Assembly (NCBI GenBank): GCA_965230975.1
Contig: OZ246402.1
Span: 229,771 to 293,770 of the forward strand
Direction of reading: 5' to 3'
Origin: an uncultured Candidatus Saccharibacteria bacterium
GTDB lineage: Bacteria > Patescibacteriota > Dojkabacteria > J137
Length of the DNA stretch: 64,000 nt
Positions 1-9,346 of this stretch are shown in pieces. Position numbers and translations under genes: made by a program. The notes beneath the pieces were generated by a model. That model was given only the letters and a program-made list of their open reading frames with translations. It searched no databases and was not told the origin of the DNA. Position 1 is the stretch's first letter. Each line of letters begins with the position of its first letter.

Positions 1-654
1 TATTTGGTTAATAAAAATAACTACAGTATTAGTTTTATTAACTATACCTGTAATTTTTCTTAAAGCCTGACTCATAAGTCTTGCTTGTAATCCCATGTGT
101 GAATCTCCCATCTCTCCATCAATTTCTGCTTTAGGAGTTAATGCAGCAACTGAATCCACAACAATAACGTCTAGCGCAGCAGATCTTAAAAGTGTTTCTA
201 GAATTTCTAAAGCCTGTTCGCCATAGTCTGGCTGTGAAATTAGCAAGTTATCTGTTTCTATACCAAGCTTCTTTGCGTATTCCGGGTCAAAAGCGTGTTC
301 TGCATCAATAATCGCGGCTGTGCCACCTGCTTTTTGTGCCTCTGCAATAATGTGCATTGCTAAAGTTGTTTTACCAGAAGATTCTGGCCCGTAAATCTCA
401 ATGATTCTTCCTCTTGGAACTCCGCCAACACCTAGAGCGATATCAAGCCCTATTGCTCCAGTAGAAATAACATCCATCTTCTTAACTTTATCGTTTTCTA
501 AGGTCATTATTGATCCTTCACCAAATTGTTTGGTAATTTGTTGCATTGCCATTTTAATTGCGTCCATTTTCCCTTTGTTGTTATCGGATGCTACTGCAGC
601 TTTGCTATTATCGTTAGGTGCAGGTGTTGCGCTTTTGGTTTCTTCTTTTGCCAT
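1..654 (-). CDS. recA: Recombinase RecA. The C-terminal part is cut off by the window edge; the N-terminus is intact with its start codon at 652-654.
   Basis: The reverse-strand translation begins MAKEETKS and contains the Walker A motif [11 protein letters not shown] plus the canonical RecA core [21 protein letters not shown] and GGxALKF-like regions. The plus-strand ORF 401..658 in the supplied track is its antisense shadow. Confidence 0.95.
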   Translation of the reverse strand, partial: MAKEETKSATPAPNDNSKAAVASDNNKGKMDAIKMAMQQITKQFGEGSIMTLENDKVKKMDVISTGAIGLDIALGVGGVPRGRIIEIYGPESSGKTTLAMHIIAEAQKAGGTAAIIDAEHAFDPEYAKKLGIETDNLLISQPDYGEQALEILETLLRSAALDVIVVDSVAALTPKAEIDGEMGDSHMGLQARLMSQALRKITGIVNKTNTVVIFINQI

Positions 655-740
655 TTAATTATTTTAAAAATTAATTTAAGTAGTTAGGTTAAAAGTAAAC
701 TACTCTCCTTTTAGAGATATTATCATAGTAATACCAATTT

Positions 741-816
741 CTTGCAAATACCTTACAATTTGAAAAATTCAAACTAAGATTTTCTCAATTGGCTCACAAT
801 TTGAAAAATTATAAGT
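741..816 (-). promoter_or_regulatory. Recurrent two-part upstream element with a candidate sigma70-like promoter ahead of recA.
   Basis: The minus strand reads AATTTTTCAAATTGTGAGCC, then 22 nt, then GAATTTTTCAAATTGTAAGGTATTTGCAAGAAATTGG. Downstream there is TTGCAA-17 nt-GATAAT about 70 nt before the recA ATG. Confidence 0.5.
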
Positions 817-827
817 TTAAAATTCTA

Positions 828-1349
828 TTAAATAAGCTGGAGAGAAATTGTGGAGTTATAGTTTATAGGGCTTTTAAGAATGCATTTAATTTTGAAGGTT
901 CTAGTAGCGTTTTCTTTGAAAGTTAGTTTCTGTTTTTCAAAATCTTTATTGAAATCTGAAAGTAAAATTTTATTGTCCTCATCTAAAAGTTCAACCCTAA
1001 TAATATTTTTTAGGTTTGGTGCAATGTTTGCTTTAATGAAAGAATATGCAACTTTATCTTCTAAATTTCTAAGAGTAACTTGCCCCACTAATATGTTGGG
1101 TTCTCCTTGTTGCAAAGAAAATTCTATTTGTGATTCGCTAAGTTTAATATTTTCACTTGTACTTTCAAATTTTACTTTTCCAGGTTGGGCTTGAAATATC
1201 TGCATGCCTGCCACTTGGCTTACTTCTGATGCAAGTGTTAGTTTAGGCACTGGGTTTAGGGCGGTTACCCCAAGAACGGTCACTGCGATTACTGCAGAAA
1301 AAGCTGTGAATGCAGCAACTGATTTTGTGGTTTCTAGAAAATTATTCAT
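828..1349 (-). CDS. Hypothetical protein with an N-terminal transmembrane anchor, probably extracytoplasmic.
   Basis: 173-aa ORF with a hydrophobic N-terminus (VAAFTAFSAVIAVTVLGV) and no recognisable domain. Confidence 0.4.
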   Translation of the reverse strand: MNNFLETTKSVAAFTAFSAVIAVTVLGVTALNPVPKLTLASEVSQVAGMQIFQAQPGKVKFESTSENIKLSESQIEFSLQQGEPNILVGQVTLRNLEDKVAYSFIKANIAPNLKNIIRVELLDEDNKILLSDFNKDFEKQKLTFKENATRTFKIKCILKSPINYNSTISLQLI

Positions 1350-1500
1350 TTGAGACTCTTACTATATCTATACTAAAGACAGATTTGAATATTGTAAAGG
1401 ACTTTTGTCATAAAATATTGGAAAACAGATGGTTATTTCTTAATAAAAAAACTAAATTTTTTGCTAATATGAAAGTAGACTTAAATATTAATTTTATAAT

Positions 1501-2226
1501 TTGAAAAATCTATACGGTATTAAATCAGATCCTAATCCCGGCAGGGATTTATATTCCGAGGTTGCAGGTATTAGATATGCTCGTTTACCTGTTACTACTC
1601 CAATTGTAAAGATAGGAGACTCTTTTGAGGATTTTGTAGAAAACTATGTTGCTCCATTTATTCAAAAAGGTGATGTAGTTTGCATATCTGCAAAGGTAGT
1701 CAGTATTTGTAAAGCATTTGTTGTTCATGAATCTGAAGTGAAGATCTCATTGCTGGCCAGGATTATTGTTAAGTTTGTTAAAAAGTGGCCGGGAGATATA
1801 GGTTATTCCCACCCACGAAAGATGCAAGTTGCTATTATGCAAACCGGTTACCCAAGAATGATATTGGCTTTGCTAGGCGGGACTTTTATGAAGTTGTTAG
1901 GTAAGCCAGGCTATTTTTATAGAATTGCTGGGCATAATATTAATGCTATTGATGGTTTTAATCCTGTTTCTAAACCTCCAATGAATGAATATGCAGTTTT
2001 GCCACCTGTCAATGGTGATGAGATTTGCAATGATCTGCAACAAAAATATAGTGTTCCATTCGTGATTTTAGATGGAAACAATATTGACAATAATATTTTA
2101 GGAATGAGCGATGGTGCTAAATCACTCTACTCTGTTGAAAAATTCATGGAAATAGTAAAAGGAAACCCACAAGGCCAAGAAGATGATGGACAAGTAACAC
2201 CAGTGTTGATTGTTAGAAAGGTTTAA
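1501..2226 (+). CDS. F420-0:gamma-glutamyl ligase (CofE)-like family protein. The TTG start is uncertain.
   Basis: The segment GDVVCISAKVVSICKAFVV matches the CofE-family GDvvvvS.KvVSkaEGR core. The size is about 240 aa, typical of the CofE-like proteins common in small-genome bacteria. Confidence 0.45.
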   Translation: MKNLYGIKSDPNPGRDLYSEVAGIRYARLPVTTPIVKIGDSFEDFVENYVAPFIQKGDVVCISAKVVSICKAFVVHESEVKISLLARIIVKFVKKWPGDIGYSHPRKMQVAIMQTGYPRMILALLGGTFMKLLGKPGYFYRIAGHNINAIDGFNPVSKPPMNEYAVLPPVNGDEICNDLQQKYSVPFVILDGNNIDNNILGMSDGAKSLYSVEKFMEIVKGNPQGQEDDGQVTPVLIVRKV

Positions 2227-2657
2227 GGTTCTTTCGGGGAAAGTCTTCTACATCTACCAGTAAAATGTCCGACAGCAATTTTTCTTTCTTGTTCGTTATA
2301 AAATACTTTGCCATACTTTTTCATAAGCTCATTTCGATTGGTATACGATCTCGGTGAAAGGCTAATTTCTTCAGAGTAGCTATTTGAAAATGGATTAAAC
2401 CCATTAATATAGCAGTATATAAAATACTTTAAGGTCTGCATCAAGTTTGCACTTTCTTCTCTAAAGAAAAACAAATGGTTATTAATTAAGTAATCAGTTA
2501 TGGCTAGGAGTTTTGGATCCTCCAAGTCCCAATTCGAATTAAGGATGAAAGAATCTAACCTCTTACAAAGGTCCGCATCGCTGCTAATAACGTATAACTC
2601 AGTAAGCCCTGCTCCTTCATCGGGTTCTTCAGGGGTTGTAATTACGCCTGCACTCAT
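2223..2657 (-). CDS. Hypothetical protein.
   Basis: 144-aa ORF with no recognisable motif. It converges on the upstream plus-strand gene. Confidence 0.3.
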   Translation of the reverse strand: MSAGVITTPEEPDEGAGLTELYVISSDADLCKRLDSFILNSNWDLEDPKLLAITDYLINNHLFFFREESANLMQTLKYFIYCYINGFNPFSNSYSEEISLSPRSYTNRNELMKKYGKVFYNEQERKIAVGHFTGRCRRLSPKEP

Positions 2658-2787
2658 AGTAATTTTTTAACCGTGGTATTATAGCTCTAAAACTTAAATT
2701 AGTTAATGCTTATACCTCAAGAAAATTATGCGAGTTAGGAATTTTGTAACAGTAGCTTTGGGTAAATAATTGTAATAGAATAAATGA

Positions 2788-3387
2788 ATGAAAATATTAA
2801 AAACTCTAGTTTTGTTTGTTTTAGTTATATCATTAACACCAACTGCATTATTTGCTCAAACAACAGATGAAAGCTCTCTTCAAACTGAAAATGAGGTTGC
2901 TGTTGTAGAAGATGTAGAAGGATTAAGAGCGGAATTTAAAGAATATACTCAAAACCCGGAAAGTAAAGTAGTTAAATACGAAATGGTTATAAATTCTAAT
3001 ATAGATTCTGATAGAGTTAAAGTTACATGGTCCTTAAGAGGATTCAGTACCTTTGTAGATAAAACTCAAGCGGTAAAAAATATATCTGTACAAAAAGGAA
3101 AATCATACAGTTTAGCAATAGAATTACTACCGTCTGGTAAGGGGGTTACTGAGCTAGTAGGTAAAGCTGAGGCATTTACTGTAGATGGAAGTTTTGTTGC
3201 AACTGTTAGAAAAAACTTTGCTACTAATTCGGATCAAGAAGTTTTGCCACTTACAGATTCTTATAAAAGCGCAAAAAACATATCAACTATAAAAAACCTA
3301 GTAATAACCTCTTTAATATTAGTTGCAATAATGGCACTTGCCTTCTTTGGGTATAAGAGATTTAGAGTATGGTTAGAAAGACCTTAA
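2788..3387 (+). CDS. Hypothetical secreted protein with a signal peptide and a C-terminal transmembrane anchor.
   Basis: Signal-peptide-like N-terminus (MKILKTLVLFVLVISLTPTALFA). The C-terminus has a hydrophobic helix followed by basic residues (ITSLILVAIMALAFFGYKRFR). Confidence 0.45.
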   Translation: MKILKTLVLFVLVISLTPTALFAQTTDESSLQTENEVAVVEDVEGLRAEFKEYTQNPESKVVKYEMVINSNIDSDRVKVTWSLRGFSTFVDKTQAVKNISVQKGKSYSLAIELLPSGKGVTELVGKAEAFTVDGSFVATVRKNFATNSDQEVLPLTDSYKSAKNISTIKNLVITSLILVAIMALAFFGYKRFRVWLERP

Positions 3388-3516
3388 TCTTCTGTTTATA
3401 TGTTAATCTAAGGTAAAATACTAAATACAGAAGTTTAAGTCGGTTTAGCATAAATCCGCATCACTCAAATTTTAAACTGTAAGACATTTGTAAGAAATAT
3501 TTAGTATTATTAAACA

Positions 3517-5205
3517 ATGAAATGGATAATCCCAAGCCATAAAGGTGTTCCTTTAATAGAGTGGCTATGCGCACAAAGAAATATTCTAGATACAAGAAAG
3601 TACTTTTCACCTTCTCTTCAAGACTTGGAGGACCCATTTGTAGTACATGATATGCATAAAGCAGTAGACTTTATTGTCGAATCTGTAAAAAACAAAAAAA
3701 AGATTTTTATTCATGGGGATTTTGATGCAGATGGAATAACGGCCACATCAATTATGTGGATTTTCTTAAGCAAATACCTTAAAGCAGATGTAATGCCCTA
3801 TATACCAAGCAGATTTTATGAAGGTTATGGTTTAACAGAAGAATCTATAAGTGCAATCAAACAAAAGGGTGGTCAGGTAATTATAACAGTTGATTGTGGG
3901 GTTAAAGATATAGAGCTAGTAAATAAATACTCGCCAGAAATTGATTTTGTAATAACAGATCATCATACAATAAGAAGTATTTCTGAAAAAGAAGTTGAGG
4001 CAAGCAAGATAATAGGGGAATATTTAATATCTGCTAAGGCAAAGGCTGTAGTGCACCCTGCTCTACCACAAAGTGATTTTAAGGAAATTTGCGGTGCAAT
4101 GGTTTCTTTTAAAGTTTGTTCAGCTCTTAATCAAAAGCTTAATTTAGGGGTGAATATGCAGGAGTTCTCCGACTTATGTGCCATTGGTACAGTGTGTGAT
4201 GTTATGCCACTAGTAAAAGAAAATAGAACAATAGTACAATTAGGGCTTGGACAGTTAAATAAGCATAATAATTTGGGTTTAAAGGCACTATTAGAGATAT
4301 CAAAAGCAAAAGCAAATATAAGCGCTTATCATTTGGGATTTGTAATAGGACCGCGATTAAATGCAGCAGGGAGGCTTGGTGATGCACTAGATGCTGTAAG
4401 ATTGCTAACTACAGGCTCAGATGCCTTTGCAAGGCAAATGGCGCAGAAATTAGAGGACTTAAATTTAGAGAGAAAGCGGTTAACAGAAGAATTTATTGGT
4501 TTAGCAGAAAATGAGATTAAAAAAGATGAATCAGAAAAGCTATTTATTTTCTTTGGTGAAGAGTGGCCCGAGGGCTTACTAGGATTAATAGCCGGTAAGT
4601 TAAGTGAAAAATATTCTAAACCCGTAATAATAGGATCTAAAGGCAAAGTATATAAAGCTTCGGCCCGCAGCCCGGAAAACTTTAACATAACACAGTTTTT
4701 ATCAAACTTTGAACAATACTTAGAAAAGTACGGTGGGCATGCCCAGGCTGCGGGCCTAACAGTAAAATCGGATTCGCTTGATTTGTTTTTGCAAGCTATA
4801 AGGTCTTCTGCAAGTAAGTTAGATACAGAAATATTTGAAAAAAATCTTTATATCGATGCGGTTGCGCAATCTCTTTCAGAATTAAATCTTGATAATGCAG
4901 AAAAGATTTTAAGTTTAGAGCCGTTTGGAAATAAATGCCCAAAGCCTGTAATCTATGTAAATAACCTCAAGATAAAGAGATATACCTATATGGGTCAAAA
5001 TAATGAACACATAAAAATATACTTTGCAGATAAATTTGATAATGTTGTAGAAGCTTTGAGCTTTGGTGATGCAAAACGTTTTGAAGGTTTGTTAAACTAC
5101 CCTACTCTGCCAATCGAACTAGCAGTAAATTTAGAGGTTGATGAATGGAATGGCTTTAAAAAACCAAGTTTACGAATAATTGATTTTAGGGTGCAGCAAG
5201 ATTAG
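3517..5205 (+). CDS. recJ: Single-stranded-DNA-specific exonuclease RecJ.
   Basis: DHH motifs are present (IFIHGDFDADGITATSIM and ITDHH), and DHHA1 GGHAQAAG lies at the C-terminal side. The 562-aa length is typical. Confidence 0.9.
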   Translation: MKWIIPSHKGVPLIEWLCAQRNILDTRKYFSPSLQDLEDPFVVHDMHKAVDFIVESVKNKKKIFIHGDFDADGITATSIMWIFLSKYLKADVMPYIPSRFYEGYGLTEESISAIKQKGGQVIITVDCGVKDIELVNKYSPEIDFVITDHHTIRSISEKEVEASKIIGEYLISAKAKAVVHPALPQSDFKEICGAMVSFKVCSALNQKLNLGVNMQEFSDLCAIGTVCDVMPLVKENRTIVQLGLGQLNKHNNLGLKALLEISKAKANISAYHLGFVIGPRLNAAGRLGDALDAVRLLTTGSDAFARQMAQKLEDLNLERKRLTEEFIGLAENEIKKDESEKLFIFFGEEWPEGLLGLIAGKLSEKYSKPVIIGSKGKVYKASARSPENFNITQFLSNFEQYLEKYGGHAQAAGLTVKSDSLDLFLQAIRSSASKLDTEIFEKNLYIDAVAQSLSELNLDNAEKILSLEPFGNKCPKPVIYVNNLKIKRYTYMGQNNEHIKIYFADKFDNVVEALSFGDAKRFEGLLNYPTLPIELAVNLEVDEWNGFKKPSLRIIDFRVQQD

Positions 5206-5486
5206 GCTTCTACAGCCTTTGATTGAATAATCATTGCTTGCATATCTCTTAACTCCGTTTCTTCTAATCCAAAAATTCCAGCACTAGTTGCACTTAATAT
5301 TAGATCAGTAACATATGACTCTACTTCACTTAGGGACATAGGTTTAGGAAGTGTAAAGCTGCCGGCTTTGTTAACACCAAAAACACAAAAGTCTAATCTT
5401 AAAGTGGTCCCGGCGTATAATTTATCAGTACCAGGTATTACTGGTTTTATTCTTGATGCATCGGGGGTTGACGATTGATTTGTCAT
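5202..5486 (-). CDS. Hypothetical small protein.
   Basis: 94-aa ORF that overlaps the recJ stop by 4 nt (convergent). No recognisable motif. Confidence 0.3.
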   Translation of the reverse strand: MTNQSSTPDASRIKPVIPGTDKLYAGTTLRLDFCVFGVNKAGSFTLPKPMSLSEVESYVTDLILSATSAGIFGLEETELRDMQAMIIQSKAVEA

Positions 5487-5564
5487 AAAAGATTTTTTAA
5501 CTTATTTAGATTAATACTCTACTCTTTTTATTTCAACTTTATATTTTTAGTACTTAAAATCTTC

Positions 5565-5612
5565 GTTTAAAAAATCCCCTCTACTCTTTCGAATATTGGG
5601 GATAATTTTATT
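5565..5612 (-). terminator. Possible intrinsic terminator downstream of hup, with a long loop.
   Basis: On the minus strand there is ATCCCC, a loop of about 19 nt, then GGGGAT followed by TTTTTT. Confidence 0.3.
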
Positions 5613-5640
5613 TAGTATTAATTACTAACTAAGCATAAGC

Positions 5641-5916
5641 TTATTTAGCAACCATTTCTCTAAATTGCTTTCCTGGTCTGAATCTTGGAACGCTCTTTGC
5701 AGCAACCTTAACAGGTGCTCCAGTCTTTGGATTTCTCTTTGTGCTAGCTTTTCTTCTAACAGAAACAAAAGTTCCAAAGTTTGTTAATGTTACAGCTTGT
5801 CCCTTTGATACAGTAGAAACTACAGCTTCTACCATAGCATCGATAGATGCAGCAACATCTTTCTTTGTCATTCCTGTCTTGTTTGCGATGAAGTCTACTA
5901 ATTGAGCTTTATTCAT
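5641..5916 (-). CDS. hup: DNA-binding protein HU. The likely start is MNKAQLVD; the track ORF extends 3 codons further upstream.
   Basis: MNKAQLVDFIA...FGTF...RNPKTG..V.....VP.F.PGK is the canonical HU/IHF fold signature including the arm region RNPKTGAPV. Confidence 0.85.
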   Translation of the reverse strand: MNKAQLVDFIANKTGMTKKDVAASIDAMVEAVVSTVSKGQAVTLTNFGTFVSVRRKASTKRNPKTGAPVKVAAKSVPRFRPGKQFREMVAK

Positions 5917-6236
5917 TTTAAACAAAATAATTAATTAAAATTTCAGCTCTTGCTGATTACTAAAGCCGGCCGGCAATTAGCGTTTACAATGAGTTTAGAT
6001 TCAATCTTAAACTATGTCAATATTGTGACTCGCTCTACTCTGCTTACCAGTTGGTGCATTTGCTATTTTTCAATAGTAACGCCAAAAATTGGACACATTA
6101 ATGTTAAGGGTTGTAGTTCTGAAAAGTTATAGTGGGTAAATAGTTATAGAGATTAACTAACTTAGACTATAAGTTATAGGATATTATAATAAATTTAAAT
6201 GGAGTAGAGTCAAGGTCTATTATAAATAGACATAAT

Positions 6237-6617
6237 TTAACTATTATCCTTTGTGTATTGTCTTATTGCATCTTTAATGGCTTCAAGGGGCAGAGTAGCA
6301 CACTTTTTTCTGCTAATAGTGAGAGGTATCCCAATAAGGGTCTCCGGGTAATCATGAGCAATGCCTAGTATCTCAGTTAAGTCTTTACCTAATAGCGTTT
6401 CGTAGAGTATAGAGGCTGTGCCTATGGCAATAGAGCAGCCTTCTCCAGTAAAAGTTACATCTGAAATCTTATTATCTTTAACTTTTATACTTACATTAAT
6501 CTCATCTCCGCAAGATGTATTCAAAAGCTTTACAGTAGAATCAATTTCAATGTCTTTTTTGTTGTAATTACGTGGATTGACATAGTGGTCAAGCAAATTC
6601 TCCTGGTTTTCATTCAT
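6237..6617 (-). CDS. sufU: Fe-S cluster assembly scaffold of the SufU/NifU/IscU-like family.
   Basis: NPRNYNK...SCGDEI..SIKV........F.GEGCSIAIGTAS and the C-terminal KCATLPLEA match the SufU scaffold cysteine motifs. Confidence 0.8.
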   Translation of the reverse strand: MNENQENLLDHYVNPRNYNKKDIEIDSTVKLLNTSCGDEINVSIKVKDNKISDVTFTGEGCSIAIGTASILYETLLGKDLTEILGIAHDYPETLIGIPLTISRKKCATLPLEAIKDAIRQYTKDNS

Positions 6618-6681
6618 AACTAATTATAACATTACAGTAGGGTAGAAAGGTGTACCTTAGTTTGAGATATATTATTTTCTT

Positions 6682-7296
6682 TTATTTACTTTGATCACCA
6701 GCATTATCAATTTCTTTAGAACTGATAATGTTTTTTGAGGCATTAAGATACTCCAGAACACTATCTCTAGTTTCACGTATAAATTGCGTTGTGCCCCAAT
6801 AGACATTATTAGGTACACGTGAAATATAATGTTCGTCCTGTATACCCTTAAGAATCCATCTGATCATTTGTGGATCAATGTTTTGCTGGTATTTGTACTC
6901 TAGAAAGTTTTGTATATTATCAATAGCTTGTTTTTTAGATAACTGAACGTAGAGTAGTCTAGACCCTATAATAATTACCGGCCATATCAATAGAATCAAG
7001 CTGGTTTGGTTAATTAGCTTTAAATTAATGTTAACCGCAATAAGTATTGATGTAATTATTAGCATAGAAAGCATTCCGTACCCATAATAATTCATTCTAT
7101 TAGCTTTAAAATTGTAAGCCTCCGGGTATTTTTGAATCTCTTTACTTGGTAACTTCTCGCTACTAAAAGTATAAACTAGTGTAGATATCAAAAAAGTTAG
7201 AAAAATAGCTCCTTCTACAGACTCGCTCAGTCCGCTAAAAATGTAAATGCCTAGGCATAAAAGGTAAAGGGCAGAGTATGGATATGTTCTAAACAT
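6682..7296 (-). CDS. Hypothetical polytopic membrane protein.
   Basis: Several hydrophobic helices and no recognisable motif. Confidence 0.35.
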   Translation of the reverse strand: MFRTYPYSALYLLCLGIYIFSGLSESVEGAIFLTFLISTLVYTFSSEKLPSKEIQKYPEAYNFKANRMNYYGYGMLSMLIITSILIAVNINLKLINQTSLILLIWPVIIIGSRLLYVQLSKKQAIDNIQNFLEYKYQQNIDPQMIRWILKGIQDEHYISRVPNNVYWGTTQFIRETRDSVLEYLNASKNIISSKEIDNAGDQSK

Positions 7297-7351
7297 GGTT
7301 TTATTTATTTACTAATTTAATGATAAGATGTAAGGGTATTACATTCAAGAT

Positions 7352-8002
7352 ATGATAAAAATAGTTCCAAATATTTTGTCTTCTTCAAATGAAGATTTTA
7401 CAACACAGCTAAGTAGATTAGAGAGTTTCGAATCTATAGATATTGATATTTGTGAAGCTCCATTTACTTTGAAAAATAGTGTAAATGTTTCAACTGCAAT
7501 TGATCTATTGTCACTTTGTGATAAAAACCTAAGCTTTCATTTGATGATGCATAATCCAATAGAGTCTTTAGCATTGTTAAACAAATCTAATTTAAAAATA
7601 GAAACTGTATTTATTCACCAAGAGTCAAATATAGTGGGTTTAGAAAACCAAAATTACAAATTTAGCATTGGTATAACAGTTAAAAGAGAATCTAGACTTA
7701 AAGATTTAAGCTTTTATAACAAATATAACAGTGTTCAGTTAATGACAGGGACTTTTGGGGGGCAGGGGTTAGAGTTTGATGAAGAGTCGTTGTCTAAATC
7801 ATTACTGCTAAGGGATATGGGTTTTACTAAGGAGGTTGGAATAGATGGAGGTGTTAATTTAAATACTGCTAAGATAATAAAAGATTATCCAATAGATAGA
7901 GTAAGTGTTGGTTCATTTATTCACAAATCGAAAAATCCACAATTAGATTCTATGAAGCTCACTTTAGCATTAAACATGCGAAACATTGAGGAATCTTTCT
8001 AA
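7352..8002 (+). CDS. Ribulose-phosphate 3-epimerase-like TIM-barrel protein with a divergent N-terminal metal-site motif.
   Basis: It carries IVPNILSSS (compare Rpe IAPSILSAD), HLMM (HLMV), IHQE (vH.E), MTGTFGGQGLEF (MsVnPGFGGQ.F), GIDGGV and VGSFI. The canonical H-V-D-V-M-D-G-H stretch is replaced by DIDICEAPF. Confidence 0.5.
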   Translation: MIKIVPNILSSSNEDFTTQLSRLESFESIDIDICEAPFTLKNSVNVSTAIDLLSLCDKNLSFHLMMHNPIESLALLNKSNLKIETVFIHQESNIVGLENQNYKFSIGITVKRESRLKDLSFYNKYNSVQLMTGTFGGQGLEFDEESLSKSLLLRDMGFTKEVGIDGGVNLNTAKIIKDYPIDRVSVGSFIHKSKNPQLDSMKLTLALNMRNIEESF

Positions 8003-8047
8003 ATAGTCTAGTATATAAAGACGATTTTAAATTTTTTATAAATAATC

Positions 8048-9322
8048 ATGCCTACAGTAGTTCAATTACCTAAAGAGGAGGATGTAAATCTGCCTCGTAA
8101 AGAGAAATCCTCTAGTAGATTAATTAACAATATTACTTTCTTTGGAGACTCGGCTATTCCAGAAGATGATGATATTTACAGGTCTGTATGGAATGCTGCA
8201 AGATTCTTAGCAGAAAAGGGTTTTACCATTGTTAACGGAGGTGGCCCAGGAATTATGAAGGCTGCTACGGATGGAGCAGAGAGTGTTGGTGGGGAAACAA
8301 TTGCGGTTTACTGGGAGCCAAAATTAGCTTCTTTTTTTGAGGGTAAGAATTTAGCAAATATTACGGATGAATCCGAAGCCTCTTCTAATTACGTAATGCG
8401 AACATTAGGCTTAATTAGTAAAGGGGATGCTTATGTAGTGTGTAAGGGTGGTACCGGTACAGTATCTGAATTCGGTTTGGTTTGGTGCTTAGCAAAGTTA
8501 TATTACGGATGTCACAAGCCAGTAATACTTTACGGCGATTTTTGGGATGATTTGATAGAGTCTTTTCAAAAAACAATGAATATAGATGAAACTGAGCTTG
8601 CAGTGCTTTATCAGGCTACAACTCCTGAGCAATTAATGGATATTCTTCAGAAACATGAAATTTTGGTAAAAGACTGCAGAACAAAGCACTATGAAGGGGA
8701 TGAGCTTGCATTTGTAATTAGTGATAGAGCAAAAGTTGTAAGCCAAACATACAATAAAGTTGCAACTTCTTACCATTCAGAACATGCCGGCAAGCTTGTT
8801 TCTCAAGACCAGTTAGAAGAATTTACTAAACTGGTAAACCCACCGGCTCAGGTTTTAGATATTGGTTGTGGTCCGGGCTTTGACATGAAGTATTTATCTC
8901 AAAAGTATTCTGTTACAGGTTTAGATATCTCTAGCAAGTTTATTGATATTGCCAGATACGAAAACCCAGGTTCAGATATTTATTTAGGAGATATTGTTTC
9001 TTTTGATATAGGAACTTCTAAATACAAAGGTATTTGGGCAAGAGATTCTATTCATCACATTTCAGATAAAGACTTAGATTCAGTATTTCAAAAGATAGCG
9101 GACGCTTTAGTAGATGAAGGTATTTTCTATATTTTGGTTAGAGAAGGTGAGGGTGAAGTAACTGAAACTGAAAAGAAAGATTACTCTACAATTGAGAGGT
9201 TTTACCATTTGTTTTCTGCAGAAGAGCTTACTAATAGAGCAGAGAAGGCGGGTTTAAAAGTTGTAAAAATCGATCATACAAAAAGAAGTCACAAATGGCT
9301 TATTGGAGTTTTTCAAAAATAA
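8048..9322 (+). CDS. Fusion protein: an N-terminal LOG/TIGR00730-family Rossmann domain joined to a C-terminal class I SAM-dependent methyltransferase.
   Basis: The N-terminal half has VNGGGPGIMKAATDGA and KGGTGTVSEFGLVW, which match the LOG-family GGGxGlM and PGGxGTxxE motifs. The C-terminal half has VLDIGCGPGFDMKYL (methyltransferase motif I) plus downstream acidic motif II. Confidence 0.65.
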   Translation: MPTVVQLPKEEDVNLPRKEKSSSRLINNITFFGDSAIPEDDDIYRSVWNAARFLAEKGFTIVNGGGPGIMKAATDGAESVGGETIAVYWEPKLASFFEGKNLANITDESEASSNYVMRTLGLISKGDAYVVCKGGTGTVSEFGLVWCLAKLYYGCHKPVILYGDFWDDLIESFQKTMNIDETELAVLYQATTPEQLMDILQKHEILVKDCRTKHYEGDELAFVISDRAKVVSQTYNKVATSYHSEHAGKLVSQDQLEEFTKLVNPPAQVLDIGCGPGFDMKYLSQKYSVTGLDISSKFIDIARYENPGSDIYLGDIVSFDIGTSKYKGIWARDSIHHISDKDLDSVFQKIADALVDEGIFYILVREGEGEVTETEKKDYSTIERFYHLFSAEELTNRAEKAGLKVVKIDHTKRSHKWLIGVFQK

Positions 9323-9346
9323 CACGACCCTTGCTATAATAAGGGT

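Noticed and set aside
401-658. Plus-strand 85-aa ORF from the track.
   Set aside because: It lies entirely antisense to the clearly recognisable recA coding sequence and is a shadow ORF.
880-1194. Plus-strand 104-aa ORF.
   Set aside because: It is antisense to the longer minus-strand membrane-protein ORF 828-1349. The product is low-complexity and Ser/Leu/Phe-rich, as expected from antisense AT-rich coding DNA.
4202-4688. Two minus-strand ORFs (61 and 119 aa) inside recJ.
   Set aside because: They are antisense to a well-supported recJ coding sequence.
5950-6132. 60-aa plus-strand ORF in the hup-sufU gap.
   Set aside because: There is no ribosome-binding-site context and no similarity to known proteins. 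It was taken as part of a non-coding region.
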